DNA from: an uncultured Oscillospiraceae bacterium
GTDB taxonomy: Bacteria > Bacillota > Clostridia > Oscillospirales > Oscillospiraceae
Assembly: GCA_964371875.1 (NCBI GenBank)
Contig: CAYJOS010000001.1
Coordinates: forward strand, 1 to 63,270
Length of the DNA stretch: 63,270 bases
Reading direction: 5' to 3'
The first letter of the stretch is position 1; each line of letters starts with the position of its first letter. The position numbers and the translations under genes are program-made. Positions 20,517-28,746 of this stretch are shown here, in pieces. The notes beneath the pieces are model-generated. The model saw only the letters and a program-made list of their open reading frames with translations, had not been told where the DNA came from and did no database searches.

Positions 20517-20545
20517 TTGATTTGAGTTTTCAATAATGATATACT
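20517..20545 (+). promoter_or_regulatory. Candidate sigma-A promoter
   Basis: TTGATT (20517-20522), a 17-nt spacer and TATACT (20540-20545). It points into a structured 270-nt leader ahead of the amidotransferase gene. Confidence 0.45.
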
Positions 20546-20570
20546 ATTTGACTGTAGATAAAAGTAAATT

Positions 20571-20790
20571 AGCTGATTTTCGGAAGGAGTGGGAGTGTGA
20601 GGGCGAACCATCAGGGTTCGCCTTCGCGTTGAAATAACCTGCGTCCGCAGACGCATATTTTGTGAATTTCATACAAAATTCTATGATAAAATAAAGAATT
20701 TACAAAATGCCATCGCAAGGCGATGGAGCGAAGCTTGGGGACAAAAAGGCTCGCAAGCCTTTTTGTCTTCGAGCTGATACTGTGTTGAAT
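20571..20790 (+). promoter_or_regulatory. Unassigned structured leader: four GC-rich hairpins plus a terminator-like stem
   Basis: The hairpins are ggcgaacc/ggttcgcc, tgcgtc/gacgca, ccatcgc/gcgatgg and acaaaaaggct/agcctttttgt. The element gcgaag can pair with cttcgc either upstream or downstream. Confidence 0.35.
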
Positions 20791-20824
20791 TTGTATAATA
20801 TTTTATTAAATAGAGAGGTAAAAA

Positions 20825-21532
20825 ATGAAGCCTAGAATAGGAATAACAACATTTCCAATGACAAATCCTACCAGCGGATTGCCACGAGATGCACTAAACG
20901 CTGCTTATAGTGATGCAGTTGTAAAATCCGGCGGAGTGCCATTTTTAATACCAAATGTCACCGATGAAGATTTGCTAGACACTATAGTTAACACGCTTGA
21001 CGGCTTTGTTGTCAGCGGTGGATTTGATGTCAGCCCATTATTATATAATGAACAGCCACATTCAAAACTGGGTGAAACTTATGTTTACACCGACCACTGC
21101 CACATAGGAATTACCAAAAAAGCAATAGCTGCAAAAAAGCCATTTTTTGGAATTTGTCGTGGACATCAAGTTTTGAATGTAGCTTGCGGTGGAACACTTT
21201 TCCAAGATGTGGGAATTTATGGAGATGTGATTAAACATGTTCAAACAGGCAGTTATAGCGATATTAGCCATGTTGTCAAAGTTAAAAAAGGGTCTAAATT
21301 GTTCGAATTATACGGCGAAGAGATGCTAACTAACAGTTTTCACCACCAAAGTGTTAAAGTTTTGGGTGAGGGCTTAACTGCTGTTGCACATGCTTCCGAC
21401 GGAATTATTGAGGCAATAGAACTTCAAAATCATCCGTTTTGCATGGGCGTTCAATGGCATCCAGAGGCTATGCTTACAGCTGAGGATAGCATGAAAAAAT
21501 TGTTTGAAGCGTTTATAAATGCTTGTAAATAA
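20825..21532 (+). CDS. Class I glutamine amidotransferase-like gamma-glutamyl hydrolase (peptidase C26, PuuD-like)
   Basis: The nucleophile elbow is GICRGHQVLNVACGG, and a downstream HHQ and WHPE are present. The RBS is AGAGAGG. Confidence 0.85.
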   Translation: MKPRIGITTFPMTNPTSGLPRDALNAAYSDAVVKSGGVPFLIPNVTDEDLLDTIVNTLDGFVVSGGFDVSPLLYNEQPHSKLGETYVYTDHCHIGITKKAIAAKKPFFGICRGHQVLNVACGGTLFQDVGIYGDVIKHVQTGSYSDISHVVKVKKGSKLFELYGEEMLTNSFHHQSVKVLGEGLTAVAHASDGIIEAIELQNHPFCMGVQWHPEAMLTAEDSMKKLFEAFINACK

Positions 21533-21534
21533 TT

Positions 21535-22317
21535 TTATTTTGTCGAAATTTGACGTCCTGTGTGGTCTATACTAAAGTCCTCGCCTTCAACTCCTTCAAG
21601 GATAATTTGCGAAATTGGGACAACGGAATATCCATCGGCGAGTAATTTTTCTAAGATTGCAGGAAGAGCTTCAGGGGTGTTTTTTGCTGCATTATGGAAT
21701 AAAACTATGCTGCCCGAAGTCACCTTGCCCACTACCCTATTTGTGATTTCCGAAGCGGACAATTCTTTCCAATCTAAGCTGTCAACATCCCACTGAATGG
21801 TATTCATTCCCATTTCTCTGACGGTTTTTATCACATGGTCGTCATATTCTCCATATGGCGCTCTGAAAAGTGTGGGTCTTTTTCCAGTAATTGCCTCAAT
21901 TTTATCGTTAGTTGCATTGATATCGTCCATGATTTCTTGCTCAGAAAGTTTTGCAAAATGGGCGTGGTCGTTAGAGTGGTTCATAATTTCATGCCCTGCG
22001 TCTGAAAGTGCTTTTACAGACTCAGGGTATTTATCTACCCACTCACCCACCACAAAAAATGTGGTTTTAACATCATATTTTTCCAAAATTTCAATGAGCT
22101 CCTGTGTGTCTTCGTTCCCCCAAGCGGCGTCGAAACTAATTGACACAACTTTGTCTTGTCGCTCAACGCAATAGATAGGCAACTCTCTATCAGTTGCGGA
22201 AACGCCGACAATCATGGGATTGTTTACCAGTCCAAAAATCAGCACAACCAAGATAATCATGGATATTGTGCCGACAAATTTCTTTCGTTTAGCAATTTTA
22301 GAAAATTTAGATTTCAT
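21535..22317 (-). CDS. Polysaccharide deacetylase (NodB domain, PdaB-like), membrane-anchored
   Basis: The ATG at 22317 is 8 nt after GGAGGA. There is an N-terminal TM helix. The NodB motifs are FDAAWGNEDT, HEIMNHSNDH and LFRAPYGEY. Confidence 0.85.
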   Translation of the reverse strand: MKSKFSKIAKRKKFVGTISMIILVVLIFGLVNNPMIVGVSATDRELPIYCVERQDKVVSISFDAAWGNEDTQELIEILEKYDVKTTFFVVGEWVDKYPESVKALSDAGHEIMNHSNDHAHFAKLSEQEIMDDINATNDKIEAITGKRPTLFRAPYGEYDDHVIKTVREMGMNTIQWDVDSLDWKELSASEITNRVVGKVTSGSIVLFHNAAKNTPEALPAILEKLLADGYSVVPISQIILEGVEGEDFSIDHTGRQISTK

Positions 22318-22388
22318 AAAAAATTCCTCCGCATTTTTTAAAAGCATATGTGCCCAAGCTTTAAAAAATGACGGAGGATTTTATATAA

Positions 22389-22655
22389 TTATAGTATAGT
22401 GTGATTTTCCAATTTCTGACGTGTCTCCTCCATCAAAACGAGGATTTTTTCAGCTTGAATTGCAAACAATTCGCCCTCAGCAGTGAAAACAACGCCTTTA
22501 TTGCTCCGAGTGACCAAGTTTACACCTAGGTCAGCTTCCAATTTTTTGAGATTTTTTGTCAGTGTAGGTTGACTTATGTATAATTCCTGTGCAGTTTTAG
22601 ACAGGCTTTTTAGTTTATGTAGGGTCAAAATTATTTTGAAGTCCTCTTCCCGCAT
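22389..22655 (-). CDS. LysR-type HTH domain only (88 aa), either a truncated regulator or a remnant
   Basis: SKTAQELYISQPTLTKNLKKLEADLG is a LysR HTH_1 motif. There is no effector-binding domain and no clear RBS. The next gene starts about 70 nt downstream. Confidence 0.45.
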   Translation of the reverse strand: MREEDFKIILTLHKLKSLSKTAQELYISQPTLTKNLKKLEADLGVNLVTRSNKGVVFTAEGELFAIQAEKILVLMEETRQKLENHTIL

Positions 22656-22673
22656 ACAAAAAACAACTACTTT

Positions 22674-24143
22674 CTAACAAAAATTTATGCACGATTTGTG
22701 CTTGGTGCTAATTCTAACGTCTAATTGAGAAAAATAATCCGATATTTTCTTGGAAATTATTGGGATTATTATATTTTCAGTGCAGTAATGCCCAGCGTCA
22801 ATTAAGTTCAATTCTGCTTCAACAGCTTGCATAAACTGATGGTATTTAATGTCAGCTGTGATGTAAGTATCGCATCCATGGGCGATTACAGCGTCAATCA
22901 AATCACCGCCTGAACCACCGCAAACTGCAATTCTTTTCACTGGTTTTCCTGAGGAATGAAAGCGTAAACCGCTCGCATTTAAGGTTTTTTTGGTGATTTC
23001 TAAAAATTCAGACATGGGAATTGCGGCAGAAATTTCGCCAAATCTCCCCATTCCTCCGCCGTTATACGCAGCGCCTGTGTCGACAGAACCAAAAACTCTG
23101 CATCCAAATTTTTCAATCAAAACATCGTTAACACCACCATCAACAATATCCAGATTTGTATGTAAACAGATAGCAGAAATTCCATTTTCTAGCATACGAA
23201 TAATTTTATGCCCCTCGCCTGTTGAGTCAGTGACAGATTTCAGCTTGAAAAAAAGCGGATGGTGGGAAACAATAAGTTCAGCTCCGATTTCAATCGCTTC
23301 TTCAATGACTTCGTTCGTGATGTCGAGTGCGCATAGCACTTTTGAAACTGGATTTGTGCTTTTTCCTACTAATAAACCGACATTGTCAAAGTCCATTTTC
23401 ATTTTTGAGGGTATGGATTTTTCAAAAAAATCCATTATTTCACAAATTTTAACCACGACTTTAGCTCTCCTCATTTTTTCAAGTTCTTTGACCAATTTTT
23501 CGTTTTCTGCCAATTTTGCATCTTCAGATGAATTTCTCATACCCAAAATTACTTTCTCAGTTTTGTCAATAATTTTGGATAAATACTCTCCAAACAGTTG
23601 TTCAGAGTTGTGCATTTCTTTTTTTCCGACAGCAAATTCAGCAAGATTATATGCTTCGCTTTTGCCACCGATGACTTCCATAATAGGGTAAATTCTGTCA
23701 TTATCTAGAACTAAATGCTCGTTTTTTATGTCAAATTCATTCTCAAATAGCCATTTTCTTAGTTCAAATTGCTTTGATTGTGGCTGTAAAATCAACTTTA
23801 TATCCTTTTTTATCCAAGAAACAGCAGAGAGAATATTTATAATTGTTTCCCCACCCATGCCGGCAATTATGATAGTGTCGGCAGAAAAAGGTGTAATTTC
23901 CAATAAACCATCGCTTAAAATGGTGGAAATTTTTTCTTCAAGTCCAAATTCGGAAATGAGAGCCTTCGCCCTGCTTAGGGGTTCGGCATTAAGGTCTGCG
24001 GCGATTGCAGATTTTACCAATTGATTTTGAACTAAGAAGACAGGAATTCTTCCGTGGTCAGTTCCGATATCGGCAACAGATGCGCCTTGGGGAACTAAAG
24101 AGGCTACGAGTTCTAGCCTCGGTTGTAATGTAATTTTTTCCAT
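22674..24143 (-). CDS. Fusion of tRNA (adenine22-N1)-methyltransferase TrmK with a Nif3-family dinuclear-metal protein
   Basis: Residues 1-225 are TrmK/DUF633-like (ADIGTDHGRIP, IIIAGMGGE, LILQP) with a coiled-coil tail. Residues 230-489 are NIF3-like (DNVGLLVG, VSHHPLFF, LHTNLD, DAGHY). The two parts form one uninterrupted frame. Confidence 0.85.
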   Translation of the reverse strand: MEKITLQPRLELVASLVPQGASVADIGTDHGRIPVFLVQNQLVKSAIAADLNAEPLSRAKALISEFGLEEKISTILSDGLLEITPFSADTIIIAGMGGETIINILSAVSWIKKDIKLILQPQSKQFELRKWLFENEFDIKNEHLVLDNDRIYPIMEVIGGKSEAYNLAEFAVGKKEMHNSEQLFGEYLSKIIDKTEKVILGMRNSSEDAKLAENEKLVKELEKMRRAKVVVKICEIMDFFEKSIPSKMKMDFDNVGLLVGKSTNPVSKVLCALDITNEVIEEAIEIGAELIVSHHPLFFKLKSVTDSTGEGHKIIRMLENGISAICLHTNLDIVDGGVNDVLIEKFGCRVFGSVDTGAAYNGGGMGRFGEISAAIPMSEFLEITKKTLNASGLRFHSSGKPVKRIAVCGGSGGDLIDAVIAHGCDTYITADIKYHQFMQAVEAELNLIDAGHYCTENIIIPIISKKISDYFSQLDVRISTKHKSCINFC

Positions 24144-24215
24144 GTGTTTTCACTTTTTTATGTAGTAATAATTGAAATTTGAGAAAGTCAACTAACTGAC
24201 CTTCTCAAATAAAGT

Positions 24216-24416
24216 TTAGATTTTTTCAATAAATGCGTTTAGGCTTTTGATGAATTCTTCAGCGTCAACGCCGTGAACTTCACAAGCTTCTGCGACTGTT
24301 TCGCCGTTTGCCATCGCACAACCCATGCAGTGCATACCGATTGCTTTGAAAAGCACATAAGTTTGTGGTGCGCCTTCCATGACTTCTGATATGATTGTAT
24401 CTTTTGTTACTACCAT
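24216..24416 (-). CDS. DUF1858-type small redox-disulfide protein (hybrid-cluster-protein-associated family)
   Basis: It is 66 aa starting at ATG 24416. The motif TIISEVM...GMHCMGCAMANGETVAEAC is characteristic. Confidence 0.75.
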   Translation of the reverse strand: MVVTKDTIISEVMEGAPQTYVLFKAIGMHCMGCAMANGETVAEACEVHGVDAEEFIKSLNAFIEKI

Positions 24417-24491
24417 TTTTTTGCTCCATTCTGCCGCCTTGCTTCGGCAAATTTTTTTTACAAGGAGATTTAATTTAAATCTATCTAAGAT

Positions 24492-24520
24492 ATTATAACC
24501 GCAAATCATTTGAATTTCAA
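24492..24520 (-). promoter_or_regulatory. Candidate sigma-A promoter for the DUF1858 gene
   Basis: On the minus strand: TTGAAA (24515-24520), a 17-nt spacer and TATAAT (24492-24497). Confidence 0.5.
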
Positions 24521-24535
24521 TAGTTTTTTAAATAT

Positions 24536-24571
24536 AAAACTCACTAAAAATGAACTTTAGTGAGTTTTTTT
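24536..24571. terminator. Terminator ending the fla/che operon
   Basis: ctcactaaa (24540-24548) pairs with tttagtgag (24556-24564). A-runs and T-runs flank it on both sides. Confidence 0.7.
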
Positions 24572-24574
24572 ATT

Positions 24575-25147
24575 CTATTCAGGTTTATGATGAGGCATAC
24601 TTGAAACTTTAATACATGCTTTTATAATTTCGGCCAAAATTTGGCTTTCATATTTTTTCCAATAATAGTCAACCAAAGGTGAAATATTATCGGCATGTGC
24701 AACGACATATTTCGCTGGCAAATTTGACAAAGCAAGCGCAATTGTATCTGCAACACAACGTGAACAGGTGCAATTGCCAAACCTTACCATATAAGGCACG
24801 ACATTATCACCTACAATATTTTCCATTATACAGATATATTTATAAGTTTCGCCGTCAAGCTCTGCTGTTTTAGTGGTGGATTTTGCGGCAATCGGAAGCG
24901 CTTCAGGCGGAACTTTTCTGGGTCTTCCCCTCTTACCAGCTGGTTTTGCCGAGGGAGATGACTCAAGACCTGCCTCCAGCGATTTCCTGATACTGTCAGC
25001 CAAAGCTGTCGAACTTGTAGACGATGAAATAACGGAAACTCCTTTACCGCCTTCGTTGTCTTTTGGGTCTTGCTTTTGTTGAGTATCATTTTCACTGCCT
25101 GCTATTAAGTTTAAAACGTGGGCAGTTTTATTGCTTTTTCTAGGCAT
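24575..25147 (-). CDS. ComFB-domain protein with a basic N-terminus, a disordered linker and an AT-hook
   Basis: The C-terminal 95 aa match the ComFB pattern (MENIVGDNV...NCTCSRCVADTIALALSNLPAKYVV...MPHH). The N-terminus is MPRKSNK. The linker is Ser/Pro-rich and contains GKRGRPRKVP. Confidence 0.75.
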   Translation of the reverse strand: MPRKSNKTAHVLNLIAGSENDTQQKQDPKDNEGGKGVSVISSSTSSTALADSIRKSLEAGLESSPSAKPAGKRGRPRKVPPEALPIAAKSTTKTAELDGETYKYICIMENIVGDNVVPYMVRFGNCTCSRCVADTIALALSNLPAKYVVAHADNISPLVDYYWKKYESQILAEIIKACIKVSSMPHHKPE

Positions 25148-25160
25148 TTTTCACCACTCC

Positions 25161-25934
25161 TTACATCCTACCGTGCATTCGTTTCATCATTTCTATCACA
25201 AAATCTTTGTAATCTCTCGCCGGATTTGACCTCGGAGAATAGTCCAAAATGCTCATTCCATGAGCCGGCGCTTCTCCGACGGAAATTCCTGTCCTGATTT
25301 TAGTGTCAAAAACAACCGTTCCAATTTGGTCTGCAACCATTTCTGCCATGTCGCAAACATCGTTTGACAGACCTGATTTTTGATTATAACGTGTTAGAAT
25401 AATTCCAAGTACTTCCAATTCTGGGTTTAAAGATCGCTGAACTGCTTTAACTGTCTCCTTCAGCTGGGTAAGTCCAACTAGGCTTAAAATTTCTGCTGCC
25501 ATGGGAATTATCAAAAAATCCGCTGCAACATATCCATTTATTGTTAAAATATTTAGTGCCGGTGGAGTGTCTATGACTATATAATCGTAATAATCTTGAA
25601 CTTCTTCCAGTGCGTTTTTCAAAGTGTCCTGAGGGTTATCCTGCGAAAAAATTTGATTTCCCTCGCTCAGTAAAATATTTGAAATTAAAATATCCCCATT
25701 AGCCTCAGTTTCTTGAATTGCCTCGCTAACAGACATTGAACCGTTTAAAACATCATAAACCGAGTTTCCGTTTTCAATGTCCATGCCAAGGCAAAAGCCA
25801 AGGTTTCCCTGAGGGTCTAAATCGACGGATAATACACTTTTTCCCATTTTTATAAGCCCGGAGACCACAGCGCTTGTGGTGGTTGTTTTACCAACTCCAC
25901 CTTTTTGATTTGTTAAGACAATAGTAATTGCCAA
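25161..25934 (-). CDS. Orphan ParA/Soj-type deviant Walker A ATPase
   Basis: The motifs KGGVGKTTT, DLDPQGN and IDTPPAL are present. No ParB gene is nearby. It sits between cheV and the ComFB gene. Confidence 0.9.
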   Translation of the reverse strand: MAITIVLTNQKGGVGKTTTTSAVVSGLIKMGKSVLSVDLDPQGNLGFCLGMDIENGNSVYDVLNGSMSVSEAIQETEANGDILISNILLSEGNQIFSQDNPQDTLKNALEEVQDYYDYIVIDTPPALNILTINGYVAADFLIIPMAAEILSLVGLTQLKETVKAVQRSLNPELEVLGIILTRYNQKSGLSNDVCDMAEMVADQIGTVVFDTKIRTGISVGEAPAHGMSILDYSPRSNPARDYKDFVIEMMKRMHGRM

Positions 25935-25961
25935 AAAATGTCACCTCCAAGCTTTAATAAT

Positions 25962-26873
25962 CTAGTCTACAAATCCCATTAATTTGTCAATTTCGTTTAC
26001 AAGTAATCCAATATCAGGCTTTGACAACTGAACATTTGCTCCGAGTTCCTTACCTTTTAGCATCATTTCGGAGTTGATAAGTGAAGAGAAGATGATGACT
26101 GGTAAATGTTTGAATTTATCAGAACTTTTTATCAATTTTGTCAGCCTATGACCGTCCATTTGTGGCATTTCGATGTCTGTTATAATAACGTTCACGTGGG
26201 AGTCGATATTATCGCTGTCTTTAACACGCATAAGTCCGTCCCACAATTCTTGTCCATTGTTAAAGTGAGAAACTTTTGTATAGTTTGCATTTTCTAGCGA
26301 ATTTACAATAAGTTTTGTAAGTAATGAGGAGTCCTCTGCGAGGAAAATATGAACACTTTGTCTTAAATGAATGTCTTCTAATGCAAATTCTTGCTTTTTA
26401 AAACTAGTGTCTGGCGCGATATCGGCAACAATTTTTTCAAAGTCTAAAATGATGACAAGTCTTCCGTCACATTCAGTAACACCTGTTGCAACACTTTCCT
26501 TGCCTTGGTTTAAGGTAACATCAGGTTTTTTTATGTCTTTCCATGACATGCGCTGAATTCCAACAACAGATTGAACCCTAAAAGCGATGTTAACTTTGTT
26601 GAATCCTGTAATCATGAATAAATCACGAGATTTTGCCACGCTTTTCTCCCCTGTTAGGTAGAAAGGCAAATCAACAACTGTGAAAATTGTATCACGAGGT
26701 TTGAAAATACCCTCAATTGAAGCGTGAGAATGTGGGACAGGGTTTGCATCACATGCCATCATAATTTCACGCACTTTAGCAACGTTGATGCCATATAAAT
26801 CATCGTTGATGGTGAATTTCATAATTTCGATTTCGTTTGTTCCTGATTCAAGTAAAATTTCTGTCCTAAGCAT
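25962..26873 (-). CDS. cheV: CheV (CheW-like domain fused to a receiver domain)
   Basis: The N-terminal half is CheW-like. The C-terminal REC domain has LAEDSS...DIEMPQMDG...SSL. Confidence 0.9.
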   Translation of the reverse strand: MLRTEILLESGTNEIEIMKFTINDDLYGINVAKVREIMMACDANPVPHSHASIEGIFKPRDTIFTVVDLPFYLTGEKSVAKSRDLFMITGFNKVNIAFRVQSVVGIQRMSWKDIKKPDVTLNQGKESVATGVTECDGRLVIILDFEKIVADIAPDTSFKKQEFALEDIHLRQSVHIFLAEDSSLLTKLIVNSLENANYTKVSHFNNGQELWDGLMRVKDSDNIDSHVNVIITDIEMPQMDGHRLTKLIKSSDKFKHLPVIIFSSLINSEMMLKGKELGANVQLSKPDIGLLVNEIDKLMGFVD

Positions 26874-26898
26874 AATAAAACCTGCCTTTGATAAGTAC

Positions 26899-27384
26899 TT
26901 ATAATTTAGTTTGGGGTCTTCCTATGGTACGCACAAAAACATCACCCGTTTTTACATCAACCGACATTGTTCTGGCATAACCTCCGCCGACATCTTCACT
27001 TTTAATTCGCAAGCCCTCTCTCATAAGAGATTGCTTTACAGTTTCGATGTTTCTCTCTCCAATATTGCCTAAAAAAGAAGTGTTTTCACCTTTAAACATT
27101 TTTGCTCCGCCTGCAATTTTGCAGACAAAATTTCGTCTATTTCCACCCAGTCTGGTTAAGTCTTTAATCATTTGTGCAATGCCCGTATCGGCAAATTTAT
27201 ATGGAAAAGGCTCGTTCATTCGGTTGTTTGATTGCGGTAAAATTATGTGCAAAAGTCCAGCGACTTTCATAATAGGATCATACATACTAACCCCAACACA
27301 AGAACCTAGGGCATATGTTATAAGTGTTCCGCTGTTTTTTGCGGTTTTCATATCAGCTATCGCAACGGTATAGGTTTCATTCAT
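26899..27384 (-). CDS. cheD: Chemoreceptor glutamine deamidase CheD
   Basis: It is 161 aa with the ALGSCVGV motif. Its start overlaps the cheC stop in an ATGA arrangement. Confidence 0.9.
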   Translation of the reverse strand: MNETYTVAIADMKTAKNSGTLITYALGSCVGVSMYDPIMKVAGLLHIILPQSNNRMNEPFPYKFADTGIAQMIKDLTRLGGNRRNFVCKIAGGAKMFKGENTSFLGNIGERNIETVKQSLMREGLRIKSEDVGGGYARTMSVDVKTGDVFVRTIGRPQTKL

Positions 27385-28001
27385 ACAGCACCAAATCTTT
27401 CAAGTATGGCACCCAGAGATTTGACACTTGGAATTAGAAGCAAGTTTGATTCATGTTGCTCGTTGCCGATGATAAAACGGCCTGAAATTAGCATTAATTT
27501 GTTGGTCTCATGCCCAATTTCTGCAACAGGTGCATCAATAACTCCGCCAAGCATGTTCACTGCAATAGCCGGAACTGAAAGATTTACGTCTAAATCCGTA
27601 AAAGATGATAAAGAACTGATGTAGGAAGAAATTAGAATATTTCCAATTTCTGTAATAACAGAAGTTGAGTAATCGTCTATGTCGTTATAATCCTCAATCT
27701 CAATGCCTGCAAGTGCTTTTATCATAGTTTTTGCAAAATCAATTCGCATTAAAAACATCATAAGTCCGGTTATGCCACCCTTCATTTCGGTGACAACTGC
27801 AATGATTGGCTCTTCGGGGTCACCCAAAAAGCTGACTGCTTCGGAAAAACCTAAAATCTGAATGTCTGGTAGAGATATGCTTACATCGCAACCCAAAATC
27901 GAGGAAATTGATGTTGCAGCGTTTCCGGTTCCTATGCTTCCAATTTCTCTGAGTACATCTTTTCCGTAATCACTTATATCTTCGTATCTAACTATTGGCA
28001 T
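27381..28001 (-). CDS. cheC: CheY-P phosphatase CheC
   Basis: There are two CheC motifs, LREIGSIGTGNAATSIS and ITEIGNILISSYISSLS. Confidence 0.85.
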   Translation of the reverse strand: MPIVRYEDISDYGKDVLREIGSIGTGNAATSISSILGCDVSISLPDIQILGFSEAVSFLGDPEEPIIAVVTEMKGGITGLMMFLMRIDFAKTMIKALAGIEIEDYNDIDDYSTSVITEIGNILISSYISSLSSFTDLDVNLSVPAIAVNMLGGVIDAPVAEIGHETNKLMLISGRFIIGNEQHESNLLLIPSVKSLGAILERFGAV

Positions 28002-28009
28002 TATTTATA

Positions 28010-28729
28010 TTACCCCCTCAAGCGGTTAATTGTCTGTTGTACTTCGTCTGAGGTCATCATCATTTTCAAGTTGAGTGAGTAAGCCCTTTGAGCTTCTATT
28101 GTGTTTGCAATTTCTGTTGCGAGGTCAACGTTTGACATTTCAATCCTGCCGCTCATAACATTAGCGTCTAAAATTAGGAACGGTTCGCCATTTTTTGCGA
28201 CAGGGACTAATTCGTTGTTTCCAATACTTTCCATTCCGTCGGTGTTGATAAAATCAAAAACACCTGGCTTTGTATCTAGTTTTCCCTCTTCATCGGCAAT
28301 AATCGGAACTTCGTCTTGGTCTAAAACAAGTTTTCCGCCATTAGTCGTGAGGTAAAAGCCGTCTGCCCTGTCAGAAAGATAGAAAACTCCGTCACGAGTG
28401 TAGCTAATTTCGTTTGTGATTGGATCTCTCAGCATGAAAAATCCTTCAGGGTCCATGATTGCAAAGTTATTTTCGTCAGTTGAGGCGAGTGTGCCTGCGC
28501 CTGAGAGATTTGTGTTTGTGTGGCTGACTTTTGTGCCTGTGCCTGCGTACATTTGCTCGGCAAATTCGGGGTCAGCGGCACGCATATTGTAATACATCAA
28601 ATCTTGAAAAGCAACGCTTTTGCTTTTATAACCTGTTGTATTTACGTTGGCTATATTATTTGCAATGACATTCATTTTATCCTGTTGAGTGGAAGCGCCG
28701 ACTGAGGCGGTATAGAAAGAAGTGTTCAT
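28010..28729 (-). CDS. flgG: Flagellar basal-body rod protein (FlgG/FlgF family)
   Basis: The N-terminal motif is IANNIANVNTTGYK and the C-terminal motif is IEAQRAYSLNLKMM. Confidence 0.8.
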   Translation of the reverse strand: MNTSFYTASVGASTQQDKMNVIANNIANVNTTGYKSKSVAFQDLMYYNMRAADPEFAEQMYAGTGTKVSHTNTNLSGAGTLASTDENNFAIMDPEGFFMLRDPITNEISYTRDGVFYLSDRADGFYLTTNGGKLVLDQDEVPIIADEEGKLDTKPGVFDFINTDGMESIGNNELVPVAKNGEPFLILDANVMSGRIEMSNVDLATEIANTIEAQRAYSLNLKMMMTSDEVQQTINRLRG

Positions 28730-28746
28730 TTACTTATCCCCTTTTG

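Noticed and set aside
22990-23691. Long antisense ORFs opposite real genes, for example 22990-23691 (+), 36320-36847 (+), 42290-42772 (+), 54341-54805 (-) and 57161-57595 (-).
   Set aside because: Each lies wholly inside a confidently identified gene on the other strand. They have no RBS and their products are Ser/Leu/Pro-rich with no motifs. They are typical shadow ORFs.
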